Assembly: GCA_043732705.1 (NCBI GenBank)
Contig: JAYTHE010000029.1
Span: forward strand, 70,445-134,444
Origin: Candidatus Omnitrophota bacterium
GTDB taxonomy: Bacteria > Omnitrophota > Omnitrophia > Omnitrophales > Aquincolibacteriaceae
Length of the DNA stretch: 64,000 nt
Direction of reading: 5' to 3'
The translations under genes were made by a program, and so were the position numbers. Position 1 is the first letter of the stretch, and each line of letters starts with the position of its first letter. The notes beneath the pieces were generated by a model that was not told the DNA's origin, searched no databases, and saw only the letters and a program-made list of their open reading frames with translations. Shown piece by piece: positions 10,579 through 21,568 of this stretch.

Positions 10579-10977
10579 TTACCAAACTGTGCAAATAAAT
10601 TCGCCGCCAACATTCATTTCTTTGGCCTGACGATCGGTCATAAGACCTTTTGAAGTCGAAACAATCGCGACGCCAAAACCACCCTGAACATGCGGAACTT
10701 TTTTAACACCAACATAGCGGCGCAATCCGGGAGTCGAAATACGGCGGATCCCCTGAATCGCAGGCTTGCGGCCTTTAACATATTTTAAATGAACGCGCAC
10801 AAACTTCTTGGCGCCTTCTTCAAAAACCTTCGAGCCTTGAATAAAACCTTCTTTTTCAAGGATCTCAAGAATCTTGACCGCAACGTTCGAAGAAGGAGTG
10901 GTGACCTTGTCCAAACGCGCCTGAGATGCATTGCGCAAAACCGTTAAAAAATCACCTACAAAATCACTTTGAGACAT
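10579..10977 (-). CDS. rpsH: 30S ribosomal protein S8
   Basis: RISTPGLRRY, STSKGLMTD, GGEFICTVW. Confidence 0.97.
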   Translation of the reverse strand: MSQSDFVGDFLTVLRNASQARLDKVTTPSSNVAVKILEILEKEGFIQGSKVFEEGAKKFVRVHLKYVKGRKPAIQGIRRISTPGLRRYVGVKKVPHVQGGFGVAIVSTSKGLMTDRQAKEMNVGGEFICTVW

Positions 10978-11092
10978 GCGTTCTTTTTCTCCTATTGCGG
11001 TTGTGCGCCTTTAAGCGCACAGAGCCAAATATCACTAACTCGATTTAATTACCTTTTTGCGCTTAAGCGCAAAAGAGGCGAAAAATTACAGG

Positions 11093-11278
11093 TTACCAGC
11101 TCGAGCGAACAACGCCCGGAATTAATCCGTCGTTAGCAAGCTCGCGAAAGCAAATTCGGCAAACCTGATATTTACCAATATATCCGCGCGCGCGGCCGCA
11201 ACGCTGACAACGATTATATTTTTGAACTTTAAATTTGGGTGTGAGCCGTTGCTTGACAACTAAACAGGTCTTTGCCAT
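11093..11278 (-). CDS. rpsN: 30S ribosomal protein S14 (zinc type Z)
   Basis: NRCQRCGR...CRICFRE. Confidence 0.97.
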   Translation of the reverse strand: MAKTCLVVKQRLTPKFKVQKYNRCQRCGRARGYIGKYQVCRICFRELANDGLIPGVVRSSW

Positions 11279-11296
11279 GAAATTCTCTTCCTCTTA

Positions 11297-11917
11297 TTAT
11301 CTTTTTTTGAATGGAAAACCGAGAAGCTCCAAAAGCTTTTTGGCTTCCTGGTTATTCGTTGCCGTTGTCACAAAAGTCACGTCCATACCCTGGACTTTTT
11401 TAACTTTATCAAATTGAACCTCGGAAAAAACGGTTTGTTCCGTGATTCCGATCGAAAAATTTCCGCGGCCGTCAAAGCTTCGGTCCGAATATCCTTGAAA
11501 ATCGCGGATACGCGGCATCGCTAAATTGAACAAACGGTCCATAAATTCATACATGCGCGCTTTGCGGAGAGTTACTTTCAAACCGATCGGAGAGTTTTCG
11601 CGCAGTTTAAACGCGGAAATCGCCTTCTTGGCGCGGCGCACAACCGGCTTTTGTCCGGTGATCAAAGAAAGTTCTTCAGCACATTGCTCAAAAATCTTGA
11701 TATCGGAAGGGCCTTCTTTAATACCCATATTCACAACGATTTTTTGAAGCTTCGGAATCTGCATCTTGTTCTTATAGCCAAATTCTTTAGCAAGCTGCGG
11801 AGAAATTTCCGCATCATACTTCGCCTTCAATCGCGGCGTATAATTTGATTTCTCATTTATTTTTTTTGCCGGTTGAGCGGAGCGCTCAGAGGCAGATTTT
11901 TTATCGTCCGTTGCCAT
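11297..11917 (-). CDS. rplE: 50S ribosomal protein L5 with N-terminal extension
   Basis: IPKLQKIVVNMG, ITGQKP, PRIRDF, FDGRGN; start set at ATG 11917. Confidence 0.96.
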   Translation of the reverse strand: MATDDKKSASERSAQPAKKINEKSNYTPRLKAKYDAEISPQLAKEFGYKNKMQIPKLQKIVVNMGIKEGPSDIKIFEQCAEELSLITGQKPVVRRAKKAISAFKLRENSPIGLKVTLRKARMYEFMDRLFNLAMPRIRDFQGYSDRSFDGRGNFSIGITEQTVFSEVQFDKVKKVQGMDVTFVTTATNNQEAKKLLELLGFPFKKR

Positions 11918-11918
11918 A

Positions 11919-12227
11919 TTAGAAAACCTCTCCTGACTTTTTAGCCAAGCGCTGCTTAGTGCCGTCTGCAAGCCGTGAATATCCTACGCGGGTGGGCTTA
12001 CCAGAACGCGGGCAAATCAATTTCACGTTTGAAACATGAAGTTTGCCCTCGACTTTGGAAATTCCGCCTTTGGGATTATCCTGGCTCTTTCTTAAATACA
12101 CCGTTTGATAATTAATTTTTTCAACGAGCAATCCCTGCTGCGCTGAAAAAACACGCATCACTTTACCTTTTTTACCTTTATCTTTACCCGCAATAACGAG
12201 CACTTCATCGCCTTTTCTGATCTTCAT
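11919..12227 (-). CDS. rplX: 50S ribosomal protein L24
   Basis: IRKGDEVLVIAGKDKGKKG KOW motif. Confidence 0.97.
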   Translation of the reverse strand: MKIRKGDEVLVIAGKDKGKKGKVMRVFSAQQGLLVEKINYQTVYLRKSQDNPKGGISKVEGKLHVSNVKLICPRSGKPTRVGYSRLADGTKQRLAKKSGEVF

Positions 12228-12229
12228 GA

Positions 12230-12598
12230 CTACACAACCTCCGGAGCCAATGAAATAATTTTTGTGAATGCGCAGTCGCGAAGTTCACGCGCTACGGGAC
12301 CGAAAATGCGTGTTCCGCGAGGGTTCTTCGCATTATCGATCAAAACAATAGCATTCGACGAAAAACGAACCGTTGATCCGTCTTTGCGCTGAATCGGAAA
12401 ACGTGTACGAACTACAACCGCCTTAACAACCTCACCCTTTTTAACGGCGGAAGTGGGAATAGCTTCTTTAACCGCAGCGGTAATAATGTCGCCCACTTCG
12501 GCAACCAAAGTTCCATGGCGCCCGATAACACCGATCATCGAGGCTTTTTTTGCGCCGCTATTATCGGCAATATCAAGAATAGAACGAATCTGAATCAT
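12230..12598 (-). CDS. rplN: 50S ribosomal protein L14
   Basis: [25 protein letters not shown]. Confidence 0.97.
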   Translation of the reverse strand: MIQIRSILDIADNSGAKKASMIGVIGRHGTLVAEVGDIITAAVKEAIPTSAVKKGEVVKAVVVRTRFPIQRKDGSTVRFSSNAIVLIDNAKNPRGTRIFGPVARELRDCAFTKIISLAPEVV

Positions 12599-12852
12599 GC
12601 TGCCACCACTTTCGTCACGCGCCAACGCTTACTCTTGGATGTCGGACTTGTTTCAACGATATGAACCTTGTCACCGGTTTTTGAAATATTTTTCTCATCA
12701 TGCGCATAGCATTTGATCTGACGCGAAATAACTTTTTTATATTCAGAATGTTGAAAAACCTTGGTTACTTCAATAACGCGAGTCTTGTTCATTTTGTCGC
12801 TTGTAACGACACCTTCTAAAATACTAGCTGATTTTTTTACGGCTTCGGACAT
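12595..12852 (-). CDS. rpsQ: 30S ribosomal protein S17
   Basis: [21 protein letters not shown]. Confidence 0.95.
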   Translation of the reverse strand: MSEAVKKSASILEGVVTSDKMNKTRVIEVTKVFQHSEYKKVISRQIKCYAHDEKNISKTGDKVHIVETSPTSKSKRWRVTKVVAA

Positions 12853-12853
12853 A

Positions 12854-13150
12854 TTACGACGCGCTCCTGCTGGTTATATTTTTACTCTGGGTCTTCGACC
12901 CAACCGCGGCCTTGCTCTGAGACTTCGTCTCAGTCGCACTTTGTTGAGACTTTGTCTCAACTGCTTTTTGCTGATTCGCCACTGTTAGAACTCTTGCAAT
13001 ATCACGGCGCATTTCTTTAATCGTGGAATGTTTTTCCAGCTTGCCCAATTTCGCATCAAAACGAAGCTGCATGAGTTGCTTTTTCAGCTGTGTTTCTTTT
13101 TCCGCTAATTCTTCTTTGCTTAAATTTTGGTAATCAGCTACTTTTGCCAT
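12854..13150 (-). CDS. rpmC: 50S ribosomal protein L29 with repeat-derived C-terminal extension
   Basis: LMQLRF...RRDIARVLT; position between rplP and rpsQ. Confidence 0.93.
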   Translation of the reverse strand: MAKVADYQNLSKEELAEKETQLKKQLMQLRFDAKLGKLEKHSTIKEMRRDIARVLTVANQQKAVETKSQQSATETKSQSKAAVGSKTQSKNITSRSAS

Positions 13151-13151
13151 A

Positions 13152-13568
13152 TTAGATTCCTTCACGCTTCACAAATTTGGTCCGGAACGGGATTTTATGC
13201 GCGCAGAGGCGAAAGGCAGACTTCGCGAGCAATTCCGGAATTCCTGACATTTCAAAAATAATGCGTCCCGGTTTAATAACACAAACATAAAACTCAGGCG
13301 AACCTTTACCCTTACCCATACGAGTTTCGGGCGGACGCTTGGTATACGGCTTATCCGGAAAAGCACGCAGCCACAATTTACCACTGCGTTTGACGTGACG
13401 TGAAAGAGCCACACGCGCCGCTTCAATTTGAATTGCTGTCAAATAACCGCGGTCGATTGCCTTTAAAGCATAATCTCCGAACGCCAAGCTTGATCCGCGG
13501 GTAGCAACACCGCCCATGGACCCACGCTGCATTTTTCTATATTTGACACGTTTCGGCATTAACGACAT
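13152..13568 (-). CDS. rplP: 50S ribosomal protein L16
   Basis: [21 protein letters not shown]. Confidence 0.98.
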   Translation of the reverse strand: MSLMPKRVKYRKMQRGSMGGVATRGSSLAFGDYALKAIDRGYLTAIQIEAARVALSRHVKRSGKLWLRAFPDKPYTKRPPETRMGKGKGSPEFYVCVIKPGRIIFEMSGIPELLAKSAFRLCAHKIPFRTKFVKREGI

Positions 13569-13622
13569 AAATTCCTTTTCTTCTTTTGCCGCTGAGCGTT
13601 AGCTCAGAGGCAAATATTACCC

Positions 13623-14351
13623 TTAGGCTTTGACCGCTGCGGTATCCGCTGAAGCAGCCGCATTTACTTCAGCTTCTTTGCTTGCTTGAAGCTCACGCTC
13701 CAAACGTTTTTCAGCCTGTTCTTTCTTAACTAAAATATCACCCTTATAGATCCAAACTTTGCAACCGATGGTTCCGTAAGCCGTGAAAGCTTCAATAAAA
13801 CCATAGTCAACATCGGCGCGAAAAGTTTGAAGCGGAACCTTGCCTTCATGATACCCTTCAGCACGCGCGATTTCCGCGCCGCCCAAGCGTCCCTTAACCT
13901 GCATCTTAATTCCAAGCGCGCCTTTTTGCATGGCAAGCTGCATTGCGCGTTTCATCGCGCGACGAAAGCCAATACGTTTTTCAAGCTGCTGAGCTACGTT
14001 TTCAGCCACAAGCTGCGCGTCAATCTGCGGAACCTTAACTTCCTTAATATCCAAAAAGATTTCGTTTTTTGTAATCTTAGATACATCGTCTTTGATCTTG
14101 TCAATTTCTTGTCCGCGACGCCCGATGATAACGCCGGGTTTTGCGGCGAAAATTCTTACGCGCACGCGTCCCTGTGAACGTTCGATTTCAACGCTGGAAA
14201 TTCCAGCTGGCCCAAGTTTCTTTTTAATGTACGTACGGATTTTCAAATCCTCGTGCAATAAAACACCCGCATTTTTATTGGAAAACCAGCGGGCTTTCCA
14301 AGTGCGGATGTATCCTAATCTGATTCCGTACGGATGAACTTTCTGGCCCAA
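13623..14351 (-). CDS. rpsC: 30S ribosomal protein S3
   Basis: [31 protein letters not shown] (TTG start). Confidence 0.98.
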   Translation of the reverse strand: MGQKVHPYGIRLGYIRTWKARWFSNKNAGVLLHEDLKIRTYIKKKLGPAGISSVEIERSQGRVRVRIFAAKPGVIIGRRGQEIDKIKDDVSKITKNEIFLDIKEVKVPQIDAQLVAENVAQQLEKRIGFRRAMKRAMQLAMQKGALGIKMQVKGRLGGAEIARAEGYHEGKVPLQTFRADVDYGFIEAFTAYGTIGCKVWIYKGDILVKKEQAEKRLERELQASKEAEVNAAASADTAAVKA

Positions 14352-14401
14352 AACGTTTTCTCCTTTTACTCAAATTGTCTTTATGACAATTTGAAATTTA
14401 A

Positions 14402-14863
14402 TTACTGCGCCTTAGCGGCCGCTGATTTCTTGGTTGTCTTTTTTGCTTTTTCTTCGACAACCTGTGTATAAACTGGATTCACAACTTTCTTACCTTCAGC
14501 CACAATCACAGTCACGTGAGTTGTGCGCTTCAACATACGATCCATACGCCCCTGAGAACGCGGAAAAATACGTTTCATCGTCGGACCGTTGTCGGTCAAA
14601 ACTTCCTTAACGATCAGCTTGGATTCATCCAAACCCTTGACCTTTGCGTTGGCTAAAGCGCTGTTCAAAACTTTTGCAATAATACGTGCACCTTTTTTAT
14701 TAGTGACATGCAAAATCGCAACTGCATCGGATGCAGGCTTCTTACGCACAATGTCCGCAACCAAACCCATCTTACGGGTTGAAATTCTTGCGTACTGCCA
14801 ACTCGCAACCGCATGCTTTTCTGATACTGTTCTATTTTTTGCTAACGTTCCGCTATGGCTCAT
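14402..14863 (-). CDS. rplV: 50S ribosomal protein L22
   Basis: RISTRK, SALANA, PRSQGR, KRTTHVTV. Confidence 0.96.
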   Translation of the reverse strand: MSHSGTLAKNRTVSEKHAVASWQYARISTRKMGLVADIVRKKPASDAVAILHVTNKKGARIIAKVLNSALANAKVKGLDESKLIVKEVLTDNGPTMKRIFPRSQGRMDRMLKRTTHVTVIVAEGKKVVNPVYTQVVEEKAKKTTKKSAAAKAQ

Positions 14864-14950
14864 TTCTTTATCTCACTTTTTGTTCGTAATAATGCTTTTA
14901 TTACTGCTCCGTCTTGCGGTTGGGCAAAACCCAGAGCTAAAATTTAACTG

Positions 14951-15250
14951 CTATGTTTTAGCGACGGTACCAGCTGCCGCGGCTTTTTCGCCCGATTGAC
15001 CGTGACCGCGGAATTTCCGGGTTGGAGCAAATTCGCCGACGCGATGCCCCACCATTTCTTCCGTTACAAACAAACCTAAAAAATCTTTTCCATTGTGAAT
15101 CGAAAGCGTCGCCCCTACAAAATCAGCTGTGATAGTTGAACGGCGAGACCATGTTTTAATGGGCTTGCGGTCTTTCGTCTGAACAGCCTTTTGGACTTTC
15201 ATCAGTAACTTCTCGTCAACAAATACACCTTTTTTCGATGAACGGCTCAT
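14951..15250 (-). CDS. rpsS: 30S ribosomal protein S19
   Basis: [21 protein letters not shown]. Confidence 0.98.
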   Translation of the reverse strand: MSRSSKKGVFVDEKLLMKVQKAVQTKDRKPIKTWSRRSTITADFVGATLSIHNGKDFLGLFVTEEMVGHRVGEFAPTRKFRGHGQSGEKAAAAGTVAKT

Positions 15251-15328
15251 TTTATTTTTTCCCTATCTAATCTTGTTTTATCAATTCTTGCTTACAACAG
15301 CGGTTGCGCTTTAGCGCAGAGCCAAATA

Positions 15329-16156
15329 TTACTTTCTTCTGTCTTTCACAATAAACTTGTTCGTGATTTTCGATTTCTTACGAGTCTTAAGACCTTTGGA
15401 TTTTTGACCCCAAGGACTCTTCGGATGTTCATTCGACTTCGACTTCGCCTCACCACCACCCATCGGATGGTCAACAGGGTTACGAACAATCGCGCGCGTA
15501 ATTGGGCGACGGCCCATCCAACGTGTTTTTCCGGCTTTTCCGTATACTAATTTTTCATGTTCAAGATTTGAACATTGGCCGATTGTCGCGAAAGCATTGA
15601 CAGGAACCAAACGCACTTCACCCGAGGGCATTTTCACGTGAGCATAAGCGCCTTCTTTTGCAAGAATCTGTGCCATTCCGCCTGCGGCACGAACCATTTT
15701 TCCGCCGCGGCCGGCAAGAAGCTCAATATTATGAATCGGCGAGCCTTCAGGAATACGGCTCAAAGGAAGATGATTGCCAAGCTTTACTTCTGCTTCGGGG
15801 CCGCTCACAATTTTTTCGCCGACTTTCAAACCATCCGGGCAAATGATGTAGCGCTTTTCACCATCTTCATATTGGACAAGCGAAATACGCGAGCTGCGAT
15901 TGGGGTCATATTCCACGGTCAGCACAGTTGCGGGAATTCCAAAACGTTCGCGGCGAAAATCAACGATACGAATGCGGCGCTTATGCCCGCCTCCGCGGCC
16001 ACGCTTCGTGATATGTCCGTGATTGTTGCGGCCACCGGAAGAATGCTTGCTTAACGTCAACGGCCAATGCGGTTTGCTGACTGTTAATTCAGCAAAGTCT
16101 GATACCTGCTTGTAGCGCCCTGACGGCGTAATTGGTCTAAATTTTGTCAATCCCAT
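15329..16156 (-). CDS. rplB: 50S ribosomal protein L2
   Basis: EYDPNRS, NPVDHPMGGGE. Confidence 0.98.
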   Translation of the reverse strand: MGLTKFRPITPSGRYKQVSDFAELTVSKPHWPLTLSKHSSGGRNNHGHITKRGRGGGHKRRIRIVDFRRERFGIPATVLTVEYDPNRSSRISLVQYEDGEKRYIICPDGLKVGEKIVSGPEAEVKLGNHLPLSRIPEGSPIHNIELLAGRGGKMVRAAGGMAQILAKEGAYAHVKMPSGEVRLVPVNAFATIGQCSNLEHEKLVYGKAGKTRWMGRRPITRAIVRNPVDHPMGGGEAKSKSNEHPKSPWGQKSKGLKTRKKSKITNKFIVKDRRK

Positions 16157-16236
16157 ATTTTTTTCTCTATTTTTTTCTCTATTTTTTTCTGTTACTTAAT
16201 CGCGGTTGGGCAAAGCCCAGAGCCAAAATATTACTG

Positions 16237-16524
16237 TTACTTCGTAAAATCGATCTTCTCGCCCTTTTGGAGCGTGACCGTTGCTTTTTTCCAGCTGGCG
16301 GTAAGCCCGGGCTGAGCGCGTAAACGGCGCTGTTTTCCATCGTAATTAATCGTATTGATCTTAGTCACATGAACGTTATAAAACTTTTCTACAGCGGACT
16401 TGATCTGCTTCTTATTGCTCGCGCGGTGAACACGAAAAGAGTATTTTCCGAAAGACTCAGATTCACGCGTCGCTTTTTCGGTTACAACCGGCTCCAAAAT
16501 TACGTCGAACATATGCAGCTTCAT
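16237..16524 (-). CDS. rplW: 50S ribosomal protein L23
   Basis: PVVTEKA, NKKQIKSAVE, WKKATVTL; start set at ATG 16524. Confidence 0.95.
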   Translation of the reverse strand: MKLHMFDVILEPVVTEKATRESESFGKYSFRVHRASNKKQIKSAVEKFYNVHVTKINTINYDGKQRRLRAQPGLTASWKKATVTLQKGEKIDFTK

Positions 16525-16525
16525 A

Positions 16526-17185
16526 TTACTTCGCTCCTGCTTCTTTCGTGGACTTCGTTCCGACAACACGCGCTTCAATCGCAGCCAATGCATCCTGATC
16601 AATAATCAAACGATCGCGCTGCAAAACATCGTACGCGGTAAAGTTACGCGCTTCTTTGACATCAATCCATTCAAGCATATTGCGTGAAGCTTTCTTCAAA
16701 TTTGCATCACTTTCTTTCACCACGCAAAGTGCGCGGCGGCCATCTGTCGGCTGCGCCTTCATCAAGTCAACCCATTCTTTGGTTTTGGATGTTGAAAGCT
16801 TGATACTTTCCAAAACAACCAATTTCTTTTCAGCCGCTTTAAAACTTAAAGCTGAAGCCAAAGCCGAAGTTCTCATTGACTGTGACAAATGCACGGAATA
16901 ATCACGTGTCAAAGGTCCAAAAATTGTTCCGCCGCCTTTCCACAAAGGCGAACGATTGGAACCCGCACGAGCACGGCCCGTTCCTTTTTGCTTCCAGGGC
17001 TTCTTACCGCCGCCGCTCACATTACCGCGAGTTTTTGTATGCGCGGTACCGCTGCGCAAATTTGCAGCATAACCATTGCGAACTAAGTTCAAAAGACGCT
17101 GATTCACCCGAACTCCGAAAACTTCCGGATTCAGGACAACTTCACTTTTCTTTTTTCCCTCTTTAGAGTAAAGGGGTGCCTTCAT
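16526..17185 (-). CDS. rplD: 50S ribosomal protein L4
   Basis: KKPWKQKGTGRARAGS, GGGTIFGP. Confidence 0.98.
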   Translation of the reverse strand: MKAPLYSKEGKKKSEVVLNPEVFGVRVNQRLLNLVRNGYAANLRSGTAHTKTRGNVSGGGKKPWKQKGTGRARAGSNRSPLWKGGGTIFGPLTRDYSVHLSQSMRTSALASALSFKAAEKKLVVLESIKLSTSKTKEWVDLMKAQPTDGRRALCVVKESDANLKKASRNMLEWIDVKEARNFTAYDVLQRDRLIIDQDALAAIEARVVGTKSTKEAGAK

Positions 17186-17211
17186 ATAATTTTCCTTAAT
17201 AATTTAGCGGT

Positions 17212-17940
17212 CTATTTTTTTTCCGCTTCAGTTTTCTCAATCGCCGGTTGAGCAGAAGGCTCAGAGGCAGAATTCGACTGGGCCGAATGAACTAGCCAAG
17301 ACTTTGCTTTCCCTTTTTTCAGAGAATTCTTAATTACAAGATATCCGCCGTTATGCCCCGGAATACTCCCGCGGACAATTAAAACGCCCTGCTCTTCATC
17401 AGCATCGACCACAAAGCAATTTGATTTGGTAATAGTATCTGTACCCATATGTCCGGCCATTTTACGTCCGCGATAAGTGCGGCCCGGGGTCGAGTTTTGT
17501 CCGGTTGATCCGGCTTCGCGGCCAAACTTAGAACCATGAGCGGCTTCGCCGCCCTTAAAACCGTGGCGCTTAATAACACTTTGAAACCCTTTACCTTTGG
17601 AAACTCCGGTCACATCAATATAGTCACCTGCTTCAAATTGCTTCACGGAAAGCTGCGCGCCCAGCGTCAAACCTTCGAGTTTTTCCGAACGGATTTCACG
17701 GATAAAATGCATCGCGTCTTTAACGCCGGATTTCTTAATGTGACCCATGAGGGCCTTGCCCAAATTCTTTTCTTTTGCCTTGCCATAAGCAAGCTGAACA
17801 GCCTGATAACCGTCTTTTTCTTTGGTGCGAATCGCCGTTACATAGCAAGGCGAGCAATCCAAAACCGTGACCGGAATTTGGCGGCCATCTTCATCAAACA
17901 CCTGTGTCATTCCAACTTTTTTTCCGAGCAAACCAATCAT
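17212..17940 (-). CDS. rplC: 50S ribosomal protein L3 with C-terminal extension
   Basis: GKKVGMTQVF, SKGKGFQ, KMAGHMG. Confidence 0.97.
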   Translation of the reverse strand: MIGLLGKKVGMTQVFDEDGRQIPVTVLDCSPCYVTAIRTKEKDGYQAVQLAYGKAKEKNLGKALMGHIKKSGVKDAMHFIREIRSEKLEGLTLGAQLSVKQFEAGDYIDVTGVSKGKGFQSVIKRHGFKGGEAAHGSKFGREAGSTGQNSTPGRTYRGRKMAGHMGTDTITKSNCFVVDADEEQGVLIVRGSIPGHNGGYLVIKNSLKKGKAKSWLVHSAQSNSASEPSAQPAIEKTEAEKK

Positions 17941-18030
17941 TTTCTTTTCCTTTTATTATTGATGCGCATCGTTCCCGATCGCAGAGCAAAATATTTTTTC
18001 ATTGCGCTTGAGCCAAAGGCTCAGAGCCCT

Positions 18031-18345
18031 TTACAATTTGATCTGTACGTCCACGCCCGCTGGTAAATCGAGCTTCTGGAGCGCATCCACCGTGCGGGAT
18101 GTCGGCTCTTCCAATTCAATCAAACGCTTGTGTGTACGAACTTCGTATTGGTCACGCGCCTTCTTATCAATATGCGGTCCGCGCAAAACAGTCGTCTTCC
18201 AAATGTGCGTCGGCAAAGGAATCGGGCCGATGATTTTAGCGCCGGTGCGGCGTGCTGTTCCGACAATTTCATGCACTGATTGATCCAGCACACGGCTGTC
18301 GTAAGCTTGCAGCTTAATTCTAATTTTTTCTTTTACTTGCGCCAT
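18031..18345 (-). CDS. rpsJ: 30S ribosomal protein S10
   Basis: [23 protein letters not shown]. Confidence 0.98.
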   Translation of the reverse strand: MAQVKEKIRIKLQAYDSRVLDQSVHEIVGTARRTGAKIIGPIPLPTHIWKTTVLRGPHIDKKARDQYEVRTHKRLIELEEPTSRTVDALQKLDLPAGVDVQIKL

Positions 18346-18413
18346 TTTTTTAAATCCTGTTTTATTTTTTTCGCGATTCGAGTTTTATCGAGAATCGCAT
18401 TTAAATCACTGGC

Positions 18414-20495
18414 TTAGACTGTAATAATTTTTTCTGCGACGTTGCGCGGAACTTCTTTATAACCCTGAGGCTCCATAGTGTAAGTTGCACGGCCCTGAGA
18501 AAGAGAACGGGACGCCATCGCATAACCAAACATTTCGCTCAAAGGAACATGTCCAATGATTGATTTCAAAATTCCGCGGTTTCCCATTTCCTGAATAACG
18601 CAACGGCGGGACTGCAAGTCACCGACAATGTCGCCCATATATTCATCCGGAACCACAACTTCAACTTTCATGATCGGCTCAAGCAAAATCGGGCTGGCTC
18701 TTCTGAAAGCTTCTTTGAAAGCAAAAATGCCGGCCATTTTAAACGCAATTTCTGAAGAGTCAACATCGTGATAGCTGCCATCGGTTACGGTGGCTTTAAC
18801 GTCAGTCACAGGAAAACCCGCCAAAACGCCGCCGCTGCAAGCGTCACGAACACCATCTTCAATTGCGGGAATAAATTCACGGGGAATGCGTCCACCGACA
18901 ACTTTATTAACAAACTCAATGCCTTTTCCGGATTCCAAGGGTTCAACTTCAAGGTAGCAATGGCCGTATTGCCCGCGTCCACCGGACTGCTTGATAAACT
19001 TACCTTCTGCCTCGGCTTTATTTGTAATCGTTTCCTTGTAAGCAACCTGCGGCTTACCGACATTTACTTCAACCGCGTATTCACGCTTCATGACATCAAC
19101 TTTAATATCAAGGTGCAATTCGCCCATGCCGCCGATAAGTGTTTGACCTGTTTCCATATCGCTACGTACGCGAAAAGTAGGATCTTCAGAAACAAGACGA
19201 CCCATAACATCCGACATACGGTCACGGTCAGCTTTAGTTTTCGGTTCAATGGAAAGCCAAACTACAGGTTCCGGGATAAACAAACTTTCAAGAATGATGG
19301 GGTGATCTTCGTCACAAATCGAATCGCCGGTTTTGGCTTCTTTGATACCGACAGCAGCAACAATATTACCTGCGCCAGCTTCTTCAATTTCTTCACGCTT
19401 GTTGGCATGCATCAAAACCAAACGGCCAAGGCGTTCTGTTTTGCGGGTACGCGGATTATAAATATAAGAACCGCTTTTAAGGGTTCCGGAATAAATGCGG
19501 ATATAAGTTAAAGAACCCACAAACTTATCACTTGCGATTTTAAACGCAAAACATGCGAGCGGTTCATTGTCACCGACTTTACGAATAATCGGCTTACCTT
19601 CATCGTTCGGATCTTTGCCTTCAAGCGGCGGAACGTCACAAGGCGCGGGCAAATAATTTACAACCGCATCAAGCAATTGCTGAACACCCTTGTTCTTAAG
19701 CGCTGAACCACAAATAACGGGCTGAACTTTAATATCAATTGTGGCTCTGCGAATTGCGCGGCGGATTTCTTCGATGTTGGGTTCTTTACCTTCGATAAAC
19801 TTATTCATTAATCCGTCATCATGCTCGGAAAACTTTTCGATCATGAATTCGCGCGCTTTTTTTGCGGCAGCTTGATATTCTGCGGGAATTTCTTGGACTG
19901 TATATTTTTCGCCTTTATCCGCGGTATCAAAAATATTGGCTTTCATTTCGACTAAATCAATTAAGCCAACAAAGTTTTCTTCAGCGCCCATCGGGATTTG
20001 AATCGGAACCGCATTTGCACCGAGCTGGTCGCGCATTTGTTGAACGTTTGGTTCAAAGGTCGCGCCGGTGCGGTCCATCTTATTAATGAAAGCGATACGG
20101 GGAACGCGGTAACGATCAGCCTGGCGCCAAACAGTTTCAGATTGCGGCTCAACGCCCTCAACCGCACCAAACACCGCAACACAGCCATCAAGAACGCGCA
20201 TGGAACGTTCAACTTCAATTGTGAAATCTACGTGGCCGGGAGTATCAATAATATTGAGACGGCAATCATTCCAAAAGCAAGTCGTCGCGGCAGATGTAAT
20301 CGTAATTCCGCGTTCCTGCTCTTGAACCATCCAGTCCATGACGGCTGTACCTTCATGAACTTCACCAATTTTATAGGTGCGGCCGGTGTAATAAAGAATA
20401 CGCTCAGTTGTTGTCGTTTTACCGGCATCGATATGCGCCGCAATTCCAAAGTTGCGGATTTTTTCCAGCGGATAATGTTTTTTGTCGTCTGCCAT
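18414..20495 (-). CDS. fusA: Elongation factor G
   Basis: [34 protein letters not shown]. Confidence 0.99.
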   Translation of the reverse strand: MADDKKHYPLEKIRNFGIAAHIDAGKTTTTERILYYTGRTYKIGEVHEGTAVMDWMVQEQERGITITSAATTCFWNDCRLNIIDTPGHVDFTIEVERSMRVLDGCVAVFGAVEGVEPQSETVWRQADRYRVPRIAFINKMDRTGATFEPNVQQMRDQLGANAVPIQIPMGAEENFVGLIDLVEMKANIFDTADKGEKYTVQEIPAEYQAAAKKAREFMIEKFSEHDDGLMNKFIEGKEPNIEEIRRAIRRATIDIKVQPVICGSALKNKGVQQLLDAVVNYLPAPCDVPPLEGKDPNDEGKPIIRKVGDNEPLACFAFKIASDKFVGSLTYIRIYSGTLKSGSYIYNPRTRKTERLGRLVLMHANKREEIEEAGAGNIVAAVGIKEAKTGDSICDEDHPIILESLFIPEPVVWLSIEPKTKADRDRMSDVMGRLVSEDPTFRVRSDMETGQTLIGGMGELHLDIKVDVMKREYAVEVNVGKPQVAYKETITNKAEAEGKFIKQSGGRGQYGHCYLEVEPLESGKGIEFVNKVVGGRIPREFIPAIEDGVRDACSGGVLAGFPVTDVKATVTDGSYHDVDSSEIAFKMAGIFAFKEAFRRASPILLEPIMKVEVVVPDEYMGDIVGDLQSRRCVIQEMGNRGILKSIIGHVPLSEMFGYAMASRSLSQGRATYTMEPQGYKEVPRNVAEKIITV

Positions 20496-20579
20496 AATCT
20501 TCTATAACTATTTTTTTATTCTTTTAAAAATAAACGTTCGGTAAGTTTTAACTTACCGAACCAATATAACTGTCTCGTA

Positions 20580-21047
20580 TCACCAGCGGTAATGTGCAAA
20601 AGCGCGATTCGATTCCGCCATCTTATGCATATCTTCGCGTTTCTTAACCGAAGATCCCGTTTTCTGATAACTATCGATAATTTCCTGCGCAAGCTTTTGG
20701 CTCATCGGCTTGCCTTTACGCGAAGACGCGTAATCCTGCATCCATCGTAAGGCCAGTGCAATGCTGCGCGCTTCTTCCACATTTACAGGAACCTGATAAG
20801 TTGCTCCGCCAACGCGCCGCGACTTAGTTTCCAAAAATGGTCGGACATTCTCTACTGCCTGACGGAAAACTTCAAGAGGATTTTTGCCTGTTTTTTCTTT
20901 AACGATATCGAGGGCTTCGTATACAATTGCTTCAGCGGTTGGCTTTTTGCCGCATTTCATGACCATGTTGATCATTTTTGCAATGATAAGATCACTATAG
21001 CGCGGATCCGGATCGATTAATCTTTTAGCTGCTGTTCTTCTTCTCAT
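20580..21047 (-). CDS. rpsG: 30S ribosomal protein S7
   Basis: [25 protein letters not shown]. Confidence 0.98.
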   Translation of the reverse strand: MRRRTAAKRLIDPDPRYSDLIIAKMINMVMKCGKKPTAEAIVYEALDIVKEKTGKNPLEVFRQAVENVRPFLETKSRRVGGATYQVPVNVEEARSIALALRWMQDYASSRKGKPMSQKLAQEIIDSYQKTGSSVKKREDMHKMAESNRAFAHYRW

Positions 21048-21061
21048 GGTTTCCTATCCCC

Positions 21062-21472
21062 TTACTTCGCGGCCGGCTTAGCGGCAGCTTTAGCGTCTTT
21101 TTTGGGGGTTTTTGCCCCATACTTAGAACGTGAAACAGTACGCTTATCAACACCGGATGTATCCAGTTTGCCGCGTACAATATGGTAACGAACGCCCGGC
21201 AAATCCTTCACTTTGCCGCCGCGCACAAGAACAATTGAATGCTCCTGTAAGTTATGGCCTTCACCCGGGATATATGCCGTAATCTCATGCCCGTTGGTCA
21301 AACGGATACGGGCGATTTTGCGCAATGCAGAGTTCGGTTTCTTAGGAGTCTGTGTTCTAACAAGCAGACAAACACCTTTACGAAACGGTGCTTTTTGCAG
21401 CGCCGGTGATTTCGTTTTTACATTAACCGGTTTTCTACCTTTGCGAACAAGCTGATTAATCGTGGGTGCCAT
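21062..21472 (-). CDS. rpsL: 30S ribosomal protein S12
   Basis: [26 protein letters not shown]; start set at ATG 21472. Confidence 0.98.
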   Translation of the reverse strand: MAPTINQLVRKGRKPVNVKTKSPALQKAPFRKGVCLLVRTQTPKKPNSALRKIARIRLTNGHEITAYIPGEGHNLQEHSIVLVRGGKVKDLPGVRYHIVRGKLDTSGVDKRTVSRSKYGAKTPKKDAKAAAKPAAK

Positions 21473-21568
21473 GAACTCTAAATTCTCCTTAGTACTATTT
21501 GCGGTTGCGCCAAAGCGCAGAGCCAAAAGTTATCGTGCGGTTGTGCCAAAGGCACAGAGCCAAAAATA

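Noticed and set aside
18372-20562. Isolated hairpins flanking fusA (18372-18399, 20536-20561)
   Set aside because: Not members of the repeat families; ordinary intergenic stems with no further support.
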